The position numbers and the translations under genes were made by a program. The notes below the pieces were generated by a model. The model ran no database searches and was not told the DNA's origin. It saw only the letters and a program-made list of their open reading frames with translations. Below are positions 21,302 to 30,034 of a stretch of 64,000 nt of DNA, one piece after another. The stretch is from the IMG/VR virus record IMGVR_UViG_3300042691_034547; one strand, 5' to 3'. Source of the stretch: an uncultured virus (IMG/VR IMGVR_UViG_3300042691_034547) (taxonomy: Duplodnaviria > Heunggongvirae > Uroviricota > Caudoviricetes). Position 1 is the stretch's first letter. The number at the start of each line of letters is the position of its first letter.

Positions 21302-21834
21302 GTTCACGCAATTGGGCAGACCTCATTAAAGATGCTGGTGACTCAGGAAGTTATGAGCCACTACCAGACGGCGACTACGATCTCGTAGTCGTTGAAGCAA
21401 CTGCGACAACTTCGCAATCTGGCAAAACCATGTTCAAAGTAAAGGCGCAGGTTGAGGGCGGAGCCCACAATAAGCGTCTTGTATGGGACAACCTAGTTGT
21501 CTCACCTGATTCTCCAGCAGCGCTGGGAATCCTATTCAAGAAGTTCCATGCCATGGGAATTGGTCGTGGATACTTCGACAACAATCCAACAAATGCTCAG
21601 ATCGAGCAAGCACTTATAGGTCGTAGATTCCGTGCACAGATTGGTAGCCGTCTATATAACGGCGCTAAGAAGAACGAAATCAAGAACTATTACCCAAGCG
21701 CACAGACAATTGCTGCAATGAACGGGGAGACACCCGCTCCAGCAACTGCTGCTGCACCTGCACCAGCTCCTGCTCCAGCGCCAGCCCCTGCGCCAGCGCC
21801 AGCACCTGCTGCTGCCCCAGCCGCTCCGTTCTAG
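21298..21834 (+). CDS. Phage single-stranded DNA-binding protein (DUF669-like)
   Basis: YEPLPDGDY and SQSGKTM motifs; Ala-Pro tail ending in PF. Confidence 0.75.
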   Translation: MSSRNWADLIKDAGDSGSYEPLPDGDYDLVVVEATATTSQSGKTMFKVKAQVEGGAHNKRLVWDNLVVSPDSPAALGILFKKFHAMGIGRGYFDNNPTNAQIEQALIGRRFRAQIGSRLYNGAKKNEIKNYYPSAQTIAAMNGETPAPATAAAPAPAPAPAPAPAPAPAPAAAPAAPF

Positions 21835-21840
21835 CTGGTT

Positions 21841-21887
21841 TTGCTAGGTTGCTGCCCAACGAAAACCGTTGGGCGGCAATTTAGTAA
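21841..21887 (+). terminator. 21-bp stem-loop after SSB (terminator or RNase III-type site)
   Basis: TTGCTAGGTTGCTGCCCAACG-AAAAC-CGTTGGGCGGCAATTTAGTAA; fully paired when 4 GU pairs are allowed. Confidence 0.75.
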
Positions 21888-21902
21888 GCCAAGAAAGTAA
21901 AC

Positions 21903-22931
21903 ATGAAGATATTCATAACTGGATGTACAGCTTCTCAAGCTTCTAATAAGAACATAATTAGACACCCATCTTTTACTGGGCTTTTATCTAATGCTATGTC
22001 AGAGCTTGGTCATGAAGTTGTAGTGAATTATCCAAGATTTGGTTACACCAAAGAATATCTAGACTCTTTTGATCTTATTTTTGTAGGTCTATCTTCTCCT
22101 AGCAACATATCTGCTCATTATTCTCACGGAGCTTTTGCTATAGCTGAAACAGCTAGGGAGCTTGGAAAATTAAAACTTGTTATTGATATGCCAGAGCCTC
22201 AAAGAATTAAAAACACTATTAGGGACTTTTACAACAAAACTGATGATTTTTATAAAAGCTTCTACCAAAGAAGAGTTCAATACCAAGACTCTTTAAAGAA
22301 AGAAAATAGAGAGAAGATAGATTCTTTTATAAACCACTTACACACAGAACAATGGGAAGAATCTTATGTCCCAAGCATGCCTTGGTTTACTAAATCTGTA
22401 GTAACCAAAGCACTACCTAATCTATCTGAAGAGAATATAGTGACTCTTTGTTATGACAGGGTTCTTATAGACTCAGTAGAAGACAGATTAGAACCTATAT
22501 ACGGCAGCTATTGGTGTGCAGACAACGCTAAATCACAGTGGACAAAGAAGATATCCAAAACTATACAGTTTCCAATTCACACAACTAGATACAATAACTA
22601 CAGCACAAATGAAACTATTGTAGAAAAAATAAAAAATTCAACTGGAACACTTATCAGTACATATCAGGGAGGCGATCCTTGGTGGTCTGTTTCGATCCCC
22701 CAGACACTTATGGCAGGAGTTCCTGTAGTAACTGACTGGCGTCATACCGCAGAGCTAGGAGCAGAATGGGCGTATTTACCTTCGACGATAGAGGAAATGA
22801 GCCCAGAAGAAAAACTAATAATGGCTCAGAGTCAAAAAGATTTTTACAGAGAGGCAGCTCCTTCATACGAAGACTCTCTGGAAAAGACGGCACGAGCTCT
22901 GGACAACCAGAGCAAGTTGTCGTTAGTCTAG
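21903..22931 (+). CDS. Putative GT-B glycosyltransferase-like protein
   Basis: MKIFITG...ELGHEV N-terminus and QTLMAGVPVVTD C-terminal motif. Confidence 0.55.
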   Translation: MKIFITGCTASQASNKNIIRHPSFTGLLSNAMSELGHEVVVNYPRFGYTKEYLDSFDLIFVGLSSPSNISAHYSHGAFAIAETARELGKLKLVIDMPEPQRIKNTIRDFYNKTDDFYKSFYQRRVQYQDSLKKENREKIDSFINHLHTEQWEESYVPSMPWFTKSVVTKALPNLSEENIVTLCYDRVLIDSVEDRLEPIYGSYWCADNAKSQWTKKISKTIQFPIHTTRYNNYSTNETIVEKIKNSTGTLISTYQGGDPWWSVSIPQTLMAGVPVVTDWRHTAELGAEWAYLPSTIEEMSPEEKLIMAQSQKDFYREAAPSYEDSLEKTARALDNQSKLSLV

Positions 22932-22957
22932 GCAAAACTGTACGAAAGGACAGCGAG

Positions 22958-23398
22958 ATGGCCAAAGTAGATATGCCGTGGGTCAAGGAACAATTGACCA
23001 ACAATCGCACAAAGCGAGTCGTTGGGGATCATGTTCTTGCCCTACTAGAAAAATGGGAGGATCTAAAAAATACAGATCCAGACCCAAAGAAAAATGAAGC
23101 TAACCTAAGTCAGATTGTTGAAATATTCAGCAAGCTAGCTTTAGGACACGCTATTGTAAAAGAAGATAAAAACGAAACTTGGGTTCCAGCTCAAGCTGGT
23201 CAGATTGTTGTAGCTGACGAAGTAAGAGTCAAGTGGAACGCTTTTGATGGAGATCAAGGAAAGATTCACAATGGTCGTCGTGGCAAGGTTGTATCTATTA
23301 GATACGGTGACATCATTGTAAAAACTACCGATGGAAAAGAACCTATGTTGGATGGGTTCCACTACACTCCTCAGCAGCTAGAGAAGAGAATCTCATAA
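22958..23398 (+). CDS. Hypothetical protein (C-terminal SH3/KOW-like region)
   Basis: Start reassigned to the ATG at 22958 after AAGGA; DEVRV...GRRGKVVSIRYGDIIV. Confidence 0.6.
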   Translation: MAKVDMPWVKEQLTNNRTKRVVGDHVLALLEKWEDLKNTDPDPKKNEANLSQIVEIFSKLALGHAIVKEDKNETWVPAQAGQIVVADEVRVKWNAFDGDQGKIHNGRRGKVVSIRYGDIIVKTTDGKEPMLDGFHYTPQQLEKRIS

Positions 23399-23604
23399 TG
23401 AAAGTTGCTACTTTTATTTTTGAAGTCGAAGGAGATTTTTATGAAGATCTCATTGAGAAGTCAGAAAATAAGATAGCTGACTTTATCGATAAGCCACTCG
23501 ACCAGCTAGGTAAGCATGCCAGCTACGAGATAGATATATTTGAAAACTCTGAAAAGATAACAACATACAATGCTAAAGTGACGGCGAGGATAAAAAATGT
23601 CTGA
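23398..23604 (+). CDS. Small hypothetical protein (paralog of 26707..26934)
   Basis: TAATG coupling; 68 aa. Confidence 0.6.
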   Translation: MKVATFIFEVEGDFYEDLIEKSENKIADFIDKPLDQLGKHASYEIDIFENSEKITTYNAKVTARIKNV

Positions 23605-23941
23605 AGAGACAATAAAGGCTGAAACTAACGAGTACGCAAAACAGATTACCGACACTCCCTATCGTGTAGAAGCTTTGCGTGAAGCTGCTCGTATAACAAC
23701 TCAGGACAGGAACGCTAACTATGGTGGACCTGAAGAGAACTTCACCAGAACAGCAAAGATCTGGTCTGTAATACTTGGTCAAGATATCTCTAACGAACAA
23801 GTAGCCATGATGATGGTTGGTCTTAAAATGGCTCGCTTTGCTCATGGATCTGGATTCCAACCAGATACTTGGATCGACATCGCTGGTTATGCTGGCTGCG
23901 GTTATGAGGTAGGAAAGATAGAGTCCGAAACATCTAAATAG
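23597..23941 (+). CDS. DUF6378-like helical phage protein
   Basis: L-x-EA...DR-x3-YG-x-PEENF-x-R-x-A-x-x-W...K-x-AR...D-x-x-x-DIAGYA. Confidence 0.75.
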   Translation: MSEETIKAETNEYAKQITDTPYRVEALREAARITTQDRNANYGGPEENFTRTAKIWSVILGQDISNEQVAMMMVGLKMARFAHGSGFQPDTWIDIAGYAGCGYEVGKIESETSK

Positions 23942-23948
23942 TTAGGGA

Positions 23949-24230
23949 GTGCAAGTGTCTAAGTTGACACCACCTTGGGAGTTCAAAGAAGCCCTCTGTG
24001 CTCAGGTAGGTACAGAGGTCTTTTATTTAGAAGATAGAGATGAAGTAAGAGAAAGAGCCAGACAAGCTGACTACAGCATGGCAAAAAGAGTCTGTCAAAG
24101 CTGTGTACATCTTATAGAGTGCGGCGAGTGGGGTATAAATAAAGAAAGATTTGGCCTTTGGGGAGGCTTTACTCCTCAAGAAAGAAAGCTCATCAGGAGA
24201 AGTAGAAACATCCTGATAGAGGAAGAGTAG
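23949..24230 (+). CDS. WhiB-family (Wbl) Fe-S transcription factor
   Basis: Four Cys (C...CxxC-x5-C) and FGLWGG turn. Confidence 0.9.
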   Translation: MQVSKLTPPWEFKEALCAQVGTEVFYLEDRDEVRERARQADYSMAKRVCQSCVHLIECGEWGINKERFGLWGGFTPQERKLIRRSRNILIEEE

Positions 24231-24262
24231 ACTAGTAACCTAACCTATTAGAGAGTAGGACT

Positions 24263-24559
24263 ATGGCTGCCGAACCTGTCATAAGTCCATTTCCCGTCTG
24301 CGAAGCTTGCTGGATGGAGTCTCATGCGAAGTGGGAACCAGAAAGCATGGATAAAACTGGAAGAATTCTTATGAGGTTAAAAGGTGTAGAAGTACCTCAA
24401 AAAATAAACAATGGGACTGTAGAAGTATGTGCCATGTGTGGCGCAGTTACCATAGCTGGGATTTATGAATTAAAGTTGACCAGTGAAGTTTATTTTACAA
24501 ATAAACCAAGCCCAGATTTTGAAGTAAACATTAGTCCTCCAGAGGAAGATCAGGAGTAG
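24263..24559 (+). CDS. Hypothetical Zn-finger protein
   Basis: CEAC and CAMC pairs. Confidence 0.6.
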   Translation: MAAEPVISPFPVCEACWMESHAKWEPESMDKTGRILMRLKGVEVPQKINNGTVEVCAMCGAVTIAGIYELKLTSEVYFTNKPSPDFEVNISPPEEDQE

Positions 24560-24562
24560 TCA

Positions 24563-24898
24563 ATGAAAGACCAGCGCCCAGGGGAATCTCTTTGGGAAGA
24601 ATGGCAGGGTCTTGGCTACGACAGCAAAGTTGATTCATCTGTTATTTATTATACTTTTGAACATATAGATTTAGAAAATGATCTTGTTAGAAGAGCTCTA
24701 GCTTCAGCTCTACAAAGAGATGGAGTAGCTATTTCTCTTGGAGATGGTTTTGCCATGATCGATAAGAGCGTTCCTTACCACGGTTGGGCAGGATTTGTAG
24801 ATGATGATCAAGAGTATTCTGTTTGTGATGAACATGGGGAGACAGAGTATGGAGACTTTGTAGACTCTATATTACCTACAACTTGGATAGAAATATAA
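24563..24898 (+). CDS. Hypothetical acidic protein
   Basis: AGGAG RBS; 111 aa. Confidence 0.6.
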   Translation: MKDQRPGESLWEEWQGLGYDSKVDSSVIYYTFEHIDLENDLVRRALASALQRDGVAISLGDGFAMIDKSVPYHGWAGFVDDDQEYSVCDEHGETEYGDFVDSILPTTWIEI

Positions 24899-24915
24899 TT
24901 AGATAATGACATATA

Positions 24916-24945
24916 TTGACATAATCGTGTCTAATCCGATATTTT
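24916..24945 (+). promoter_or_regulatory. Putative housekeeping-sigma promoter for the second whiB-family gene
   Basis: TTGACA (24916-24921), 18-nt spacer, TATTTT (24940-24945); GTGTC in the spacer. Confidence 0.5.
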
Positions 24946-24971
24946 AATAGTCTATAGTCTAATATAGTCAT

Positions 24972-25481
24972 GTGTGGAAACCCGCTGACAACCTAAATTG
25001 GCAAGAAAACGCTACTTGTGCAAAACCCAGCAATAGGCACGCTTTAAACTGGTTTTTTTCTAAAGACTTCAATGAAAAGTATGCAGCCAAAAATATGTGT
25101 TTTACCTGCCCTGTTAGATCCAAATGCCTTCAATGGGCCTTGGAGCATCGTCAGATATGGGGTATATGGGGCGGTAAAGATGAAGTTGATATTCGTAGAG
25201 CTCTTTCGGTATCTTATAGCGGAGAAGAAACAAGACGCCGTAGATTTCCTAATTGTCCTTATTGCACAGCTAGGCCATCTAAACTTGAAACATCTGTAGA
25301 GCAACTTGAAGGTGGAGGAAGATGGACAACAGCTAAAGTTGTTACATGTACAGAGTGTGGATTTGCATGGAGAAGTCGTACTAGCGCTAATGCTGTAGAA
25401 GCGTATAAACTAGAACGAGAAGAAAGAACAAAACAAAGAACAAAGAAAAAGAGGAAAAAGAATGATAAGACCGCAATTTGA
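24972..25481 (+). CDS. WhiB-family protein fused to a Zn ribbon and basic tail
   Basis: Four WhiB Cys plus WGIWGG, then CPYC...CTEC and KKKRKK. Confidence 0.85.
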   Translation: MWKPADNLNWQENATCAKPSNRHALNWFFSKDFNEKYAAKNMCFTCPVRSKCLQWALEHRQIWGIWGGKDEVDIRRALSVSYSGEETRRRRFPNCPYCTARPSKLETSVEQLEGGGRWTTAKVVTCTECGFAWRSRTSANAVEAYKLEREERTKQRTKKKRKKNDKTAI

Positions 25482-25995
25482 ATCCTTACAAAATGCAAAA
25501 GGTATTGTAGATGTTTTTATGGAAAAACCTCAGAAATATGCGGCAGCTCTAACCTTAGCTCAAGAAGTATTAAGAGAAGCTTCTTATTTATCTCCTTTAG
25601 ATAGAGAAATAATTGCAGCATACACATCTAGACTTAATAGATGCGAATATTGCTACGGATCTCATAGGGAGTTTGTAAAATCTTTAGGAGGATCTGAACT
25701 TGATTTAAATGCCGTAGATAATGCTGGTATGTCTACAGGTCATAGGTTAGATTCTATTTTTAATTATATAACAGTTTTAACAAAAAATCCAGAATATGTT
25801 AGTCAAGATATGAAGCTTAGAGTTATGGAAGCTGGGTTTACAGAAGAAGAACTAAAAGATGCTATAGCTGTATGCGCTGCTTTTAATTTTTACAATAGAA
25901 TTGTAGAAGGTCATGGCATTGACTCTAATTCAGAAACTTGGAAACCATCAGCTGAAATGATAAACAATCACGGATACGATAAAAGATATAAATAA
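25462..25995 (+). CDS. AhpD/CMD-family peroxidase-related protein
   Basis: REIIA...S-x-LNRCEYCYGSH and AAFNFYNR motifs. Confidence 0.85.
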   Translation: MIRPQFESLQNAKGIVDVFMEKPQKYAAALTLAQEVLREASYLSPLDREIIAAYTSRLNRCEYCYGSHREFVKSLGGSELDLNAVDNAGMSTGHRLDSIFNYITVLTKNPEYVSQDMKLRVMEAGFTEEELKDAIAVCAAFNFYNRIVEGHGIDSNSETWKPSAEMINNHGYDKRYK

Positions 25996-26699
25996 TGTTT
26001 ATTAATAAACCTAAAAAAATTATTTTTAGTTCCGATCCAGTTGTAATTGACATACCTAAACCTGCAAAAAATTTTATACCTAAGTGGTATTCAAAAAGTG
26101 AAAGGTATCATGGAGGAGAGCCTCAGTATCACTCAAATCTTAATACAAACAAAAGTGTAAAAACTTGTGTTCCATTTTTAGACACTCTTACTACTGGTTA
26201 TATGTTTGAACTTTCTATTGATGTTGTTATAAAACAAGAGTTAGATGGCCCTAATTTTGCATCTCCTCTACAACCAACTCCTATAGATGTAAGAAATCCA
26301 GCACAGAATCCTTTAATACCTATACCTTTAGGATGTTCTCCACATCATTTTATTTGGAAAATTCCCCACTGCTTTAAAACTCCAAAAGGTTATAGTCTTT
26401 TAGTAACTCATCCTTTAAATAGATTTGATCTTCCATTTGTAACAATGAGCGGTATAGTAGATGCCGATAATGCAATAGGAAAAGGAAATTTTCCATTCTT
26501 TTTAAAAGATGGATTTGAAGGAATAATACATGCTGGAACCCCGATTGCTCAAATTATTCCTTTTAAACGGGACGACTGGGAGTCAGTAAGAGACGATTCT
26601 CTAAATTTAGAAGGAGAAAAAAGAAATTTTATGGCTGCTAGAACTATAAAAGACGGGTACTATAAGCTTACATCTTGGCACAAAAAAGAGTATAACTAA
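25995..26699 (+). CDS. Conserved phage protein, possibly dUTPase-like beta fold (paralog of 63007..63726)
   Basis: KTCVPFLD...GY, KTPKGYS and GTPIAQIIPFKR motifs. Confidence 0.6.
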   Translation: MFINKPKKIIFSSDPVVIDIPKPAKNFIPKWYSKSERYHGGEPQYHSNLNTNKSVKTCVPFLDTLTTGYMFELSIDVVIKQELDGPNFASPLQPTPIDVRNPAQNPLIPIPLGCSPHHFIWKIPHCFKTPKGYSLLVTHPLNRFDLPFVTMSGIVDADNAIGKGNFPFFLKDGFEGIIHAGTPIAQIIPFKRDDWESVRDDSLNLEGEKRNFMAARTIKDGYYKLTSWHKKEYN

Positions 26700-26706
26700 G
26701 GAGATA

Positions 26707-26934
26707 ATGATGTTAAAACCAATGATTAGAGTGTTTGTAACAGGACACACTTATGCAGAAGTTAGTGAGAAAGCAAAACTAGCTATTGCTGAATTCTTTG
26801 ATGAAAAAGAAGAAAACATTGAAAAAATTTTTACAAAGTACGATGTGGAAATGAACATCGAGCAAAATAATACACATGAAGGTGATCCTTGGTTTGCTCA
26901 GTGCTTTGTAAGAATGCCTTTTACAGCTTCTTAA
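26707..26934 (+). CDS. Small hypothetical protein (paralog of 23398..23604)
   Basis: AAGGGAG RBS; 75 aa. Confidence 0.6.
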   Translation: MMLKPMIRVFVTGHTYAEVSEKAKLAIAEFFDEKEENIEKIFTKYDVEMNIEQNNTHEGDPWFAQCFVRMPFTAS

Positions 26935-28352
26935 AAAAGAAACTGAGAAGAAAACTCTTTATAAGCTTCTTCAGCTTTATCATACATATCTAAAGCAATA
27001 AGGGTTTCTCTGGCTTGATCTGGGTTAATTAAGTTTAACCCAGCCAAAGACCAGTTCCACAGAGGTGCAGAAGCTCCTATATATTCTTCATAATTAAGAC
27101 TTGAAGGTATTGTATGCTGACACAAAGATAAAATATCTTTTACAAATTCTGTAGAAGATTCTTCTGATTTCATATATTTCCAAAAATCGGTATCTGATCT
27201 TCCACCTTTATAATGCATAACTAAAAAATCACAATAGTCATCGTAAAGTTTTCCCATTTTTTTATTGTAAAATTTTCTATTTATTTCTGTGTTAGTTTTT
27301 TCAACCGTTTGAGTCAAATAATCGTAACAAAAAACCAACAATTGAAGAGTTGTTCCATGTATAGATGTAGCTTCTAAAGGCTCGCTAAAAGCTCCAGCAA
27401 GTCCCAAAGATAGACAATTGTTTTTCCACAGCTCTTCTGCTCTTCCAGAATCAAATTTTATAAGCTTTATTGGTTTTATCTCTCTGCCTAAAACTTTTTC
27501 TACTTCTTCTTGGGCTTTTGTTTCATCTGTATGTTCGCTACTAAAAACATATCCAGCCCCTCTTCTACTTTGTAAAGGGACATTCCACATCCAACCGTGA
27601 TCTAGAGCATGCGCTGTAGTGACAGGTTCATAATTAACACCCTCTTCATAATCTAAAAGAAAAGGAAGAGCTCTATCTACTGGCAAATGTTTTTTATAGT
27701 GCTTCCATTTATAGCCAAGTTCTTTCATTAAAACTCTTCCAAAACCAGTGCAATCTATAAAAAAGTCTCCTTCTACTTCTGACCCGTCTTCTATCTCTAC
27801 ACTAGTAATGTTTCCAGATGAATTTATGTTTACTTTTTTAACTATAGAATCTATACAAGATACAAAATCTCCTATAACTAAAGACTTTAAATATTTTCCG
27901 ACTTTGTTACCATCAAAATGCAAAGCTCCACCATAAGGAGGCATTCTCTCTATTTCATAAGATTGACCTATGTATGAAGCTAAATGTATTTTTTCTGATC
28001 CAAATTTAGATAAAACATAATTGAATATAATATCTGGAGACATAGTTTGTGTAGGACTGCCGTCTACAGGAGCAAAATACGAAGTTCCATCACCTTTCCA
28101 ATTGACATGTCTAATACCCATTTTTCTAGTGCAGTCTGTATTAGCTGCAAAATCTTCTAGAGTAGTTCCTGGATCAAAATATTTACCCATGAGTATGTCA
28201 TAAAAAAGTCCAGTAGAAACTTCTCCAGCTCCAATAACACCTATTTTCGAGGATTCGATTACAATTATCTTGTGTTTATTAGGTTGAGATTTTGCAATAA
28301 TATATGCAGCTAACCAGCCAGCTGTACCACCACCAACGATTACTATGTTCAT
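26931..28352 (-). CDS. Flavin-dependent halogenase (tryptophan halogenase family)
   Basis: Start at MNIVIVGGGTAGW; GAGE, catalytic-Lys motif TRKMGI-x-x-x-NW, FFIDCTGF, GWMWNVP and FSEPLEATS. Confidence 0.9.
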   Translation of the reverse strand: MNIVIVGGGTAGWLAAYIIAKSQPNKHKIIVIESSKIGVIGAGEVSTGLFYDILMGKYFDPGTTLEDFAANTDCTRKMGIRHVNWKGDGTSYFAPVDGSPTQTMSPDIIFNYVLSKFGSEKIHLASYIGQSYEIERMPPYGGALHFDGNKVGKYLKSLVIGDFVSCIDSIVKKVNINSSGNITSVEIEDGSEVEGDFFIDCTGFGRVLMKELGYKWKHYKKHLPVDRALPFLLDYEEGVNYEPVTTAHALDHGWMWNVPLQSRRGAGYVFSSEHTDETKAQEEVEKVLGREIKPIKLIKFDSGRAEELWKNNCLSLGLAGAFSEPLEATSIHGTTLQLLVFCYDYLTQTVEKTNTEINRKFYNKKMGKLYDDYCDFLVMHYKGGRSDTDFWKYMKSEESSTEFVKDILSLCQHTIPSSLNYEEYIGASAPLWNWSLAGLNLINPDQARETLIALDMYDKAEEAYKEFSSQFLF

Positions 28353-29422
28353 TGAGTGTTTTCTTCTTTCCAAGACTGTGCACAGAACATTAAATTATCT
28401 TTTAATCTTTGGTTGTCTGGTTCTATATTAAGAGCATCTTGTGCATGCTGCAAAGCATCTTTATATTTTCCAAGGTTCCACGCTGCAATAGCAGCAAAAT
28501 CATGAGGAGCAGCTCCCCAAGATTCAGCTTCGCAAAGATACTCAAGAGGTTTTTCTGTTATAGCTAAAGCTTGCTTTGCACATTCGTAAGAATTTTTCCA
28601 ATCCTTACGCTCATAGTACATTTTTGTTAAATCTACCCAAGGCTCTCTTCTTCCAGGCGCTTGATCGATTGCCTTACGGAACCAGAACTCTGCTTCAGCT
28701 GGAACGCTCTTTCCAATAAAACGCATTGAAGCAGCTCTTTCTGGTGCCCAATGTGCTGTAGGAAGCTCTAAATGTCTCTTAAGTTCTCTAGCAGCTTCTT
28801 CATATTGACCGTAGAAATACAACTCTCTTCCATAATAAAAAGCATTTCGATCATTCCATGGATCTTCTTTTACAGATAAAGCAAGCAAAGGAAGGTACTG
28901 AGAACGAGATTTACTTGGGTCTGGATGATGATGAGTTTCTATTGCATCTGTCCACTCTTGAACTTCTTCCATTCCATAAACATATAAACACTCATGAACT
29001 GGATGACGCCAACGATACCCTTTACGAGTGTGAATGTGGTCGTAACTAAATTCAAGTCCAGGTGTTCCGTCTTCATTAAAAGACCATATGTGTTTGTATC
29101 TAGGTCTTGTCACCCCGCGTTTCCATAGGTCTTCTAAAGGCTCTCTCCAGTTTGGAGTTATAACTTCATCCATATCAAGAGATATACACATATCAATAAA
29201 ATCTGGAAGTAAAGCTAGTGCAGCATTTCTAGCGTCATCAAAACGCCACGGGGCTACTTTTATATTGTGAACAACAATTCCAAGTTCTCTAGCACGCTCT
29301 ACAGTTCCGTCTGTTGACCCAGTATCAGCAATCATTAAGTAATCGGCATCTTTAGCAGCTTCAAACCATTTATCAACAAATTGACGCTCATTTAGCGCGA
29401 TTGTGTATATAGCTGTTTTCAC
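28349..29422 (-). CDS. GT2 (GT-A) glycosyltransferase with C-terminal TPR repeats
   Basis: IALNE, DTGSTDGT, FDDARNAAL, LDMDE (DxD) and VHE motifs followed by TPR helices. Confidence 0.9.
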   Translation of the reverse strand: MKTAIYTIALNERQFVDKWFEAAKDADYLMIADTGSTDGTVERARELGIVVHNIKVAPWRFDDARNAALALLPDFIDMCISLDMDEVITPNWREPLEDLWKRGVTRPRYKHIWSFNEDGTPGLEFSYDHIHTRKGYRWRHPVHECLYVYGMEEVQEWTDAIETHHHPDPSKSRSQYLPLLALSVKEDPWNDRNAFYYGRELYFYGQYEEAARELKRHLELPTAHWAPERAASMRFIGKSVPAEAEFWFRKAIDQAPGRREPWVDLTKMYYERKDWKNSYECAKQALAITEKPLEYLCEAESWGAAPHDFAAIAAWNLGKYKDALQHAQDALNIEPDNQRLKDNLMFCAQSWKEENTQ

Positions 29423-30009
29423 TATACTACCTTTCTATACCAAGCTTGATATTCTTGAAAAATAAGTCTAAGTCTATCTCTATAGATACTTGAAAAAGAA
29501 TCTATCGCCATTTTAGGTTCATTTTGAGGCCCAAGCTGTGCTGACCATTCATAGTCATCAAAAGCTATGATTCCACCAACATTCAAACATTCATAAGAAT
29601 TTACGGCATCTTTTATAACACCATAAGCAGTATGATCCCCATCTACATATATAAAATCAAATTTTTCAGTGTTGTATTTAAAAAAATGGTCACTAGTTGC
29701 CTTATATTTTATTATTTTTCCACTGTCTCTAGCTTCCTGTGTTTTTCTGTCATACTCTTTTTCTACATCATTCCAGTCCCATTGTTTATGTAAAGGCTCA
29801 TCAGAACCTTCCCATGTATCTATATCAATTAATTTTGAGTCTTTATGGGTTAATAAATTTTGATAAAGCCACATAGAAGCATCTCCTGTATATGCTCCTA
29901 CCTGTAAAAAATTTACTGGTTTATCTTTATAATCTTTTAAAAGATGAGCAACAAAATTTTCCATGCCGTCAGATAAAAACCAATTTGGGTAATATTTTGT
30001 CTCTTCCAT
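29422..30009 (-). CDS. Class I SAM-dependent methyltransferase (Methyltransf_24-like)
   Basis: LQVGAYTG, IDTWEGS, FDFIYVDGDH and GGIIAFDDY motifs. Confidence 0.85.
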   Translation of the reverse strand: MEETKYYPNWFLSDGMENFVAHLLKDYKDKPVNFLQVGAYTGDASMWLYQNLLTHKDSKLIDIDTWEGSDEPLHKQWDWNDVEKEYDRKTQEARDSGKIIKYKATSDHFFKYNTEKFDFIYVDGDHTAYGVIKDAVNSYECLNVGGIIAFDDYEWSAQLGPQNEPKMAIDSFSSIYRDRLRLIFQEYQAWYRKVV

Positions 30010-30034
30010 CTTTTCTCTTTCTTATTATACTAGT

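Noticed and set aside
22766..22957. Long N-terminal extension predicted by the ORF track; likewise 3634-3741 and 28353-28373
   Set aside because: They overlap upstream genes; downstream starts with an RBS or stop-start coupling fit better
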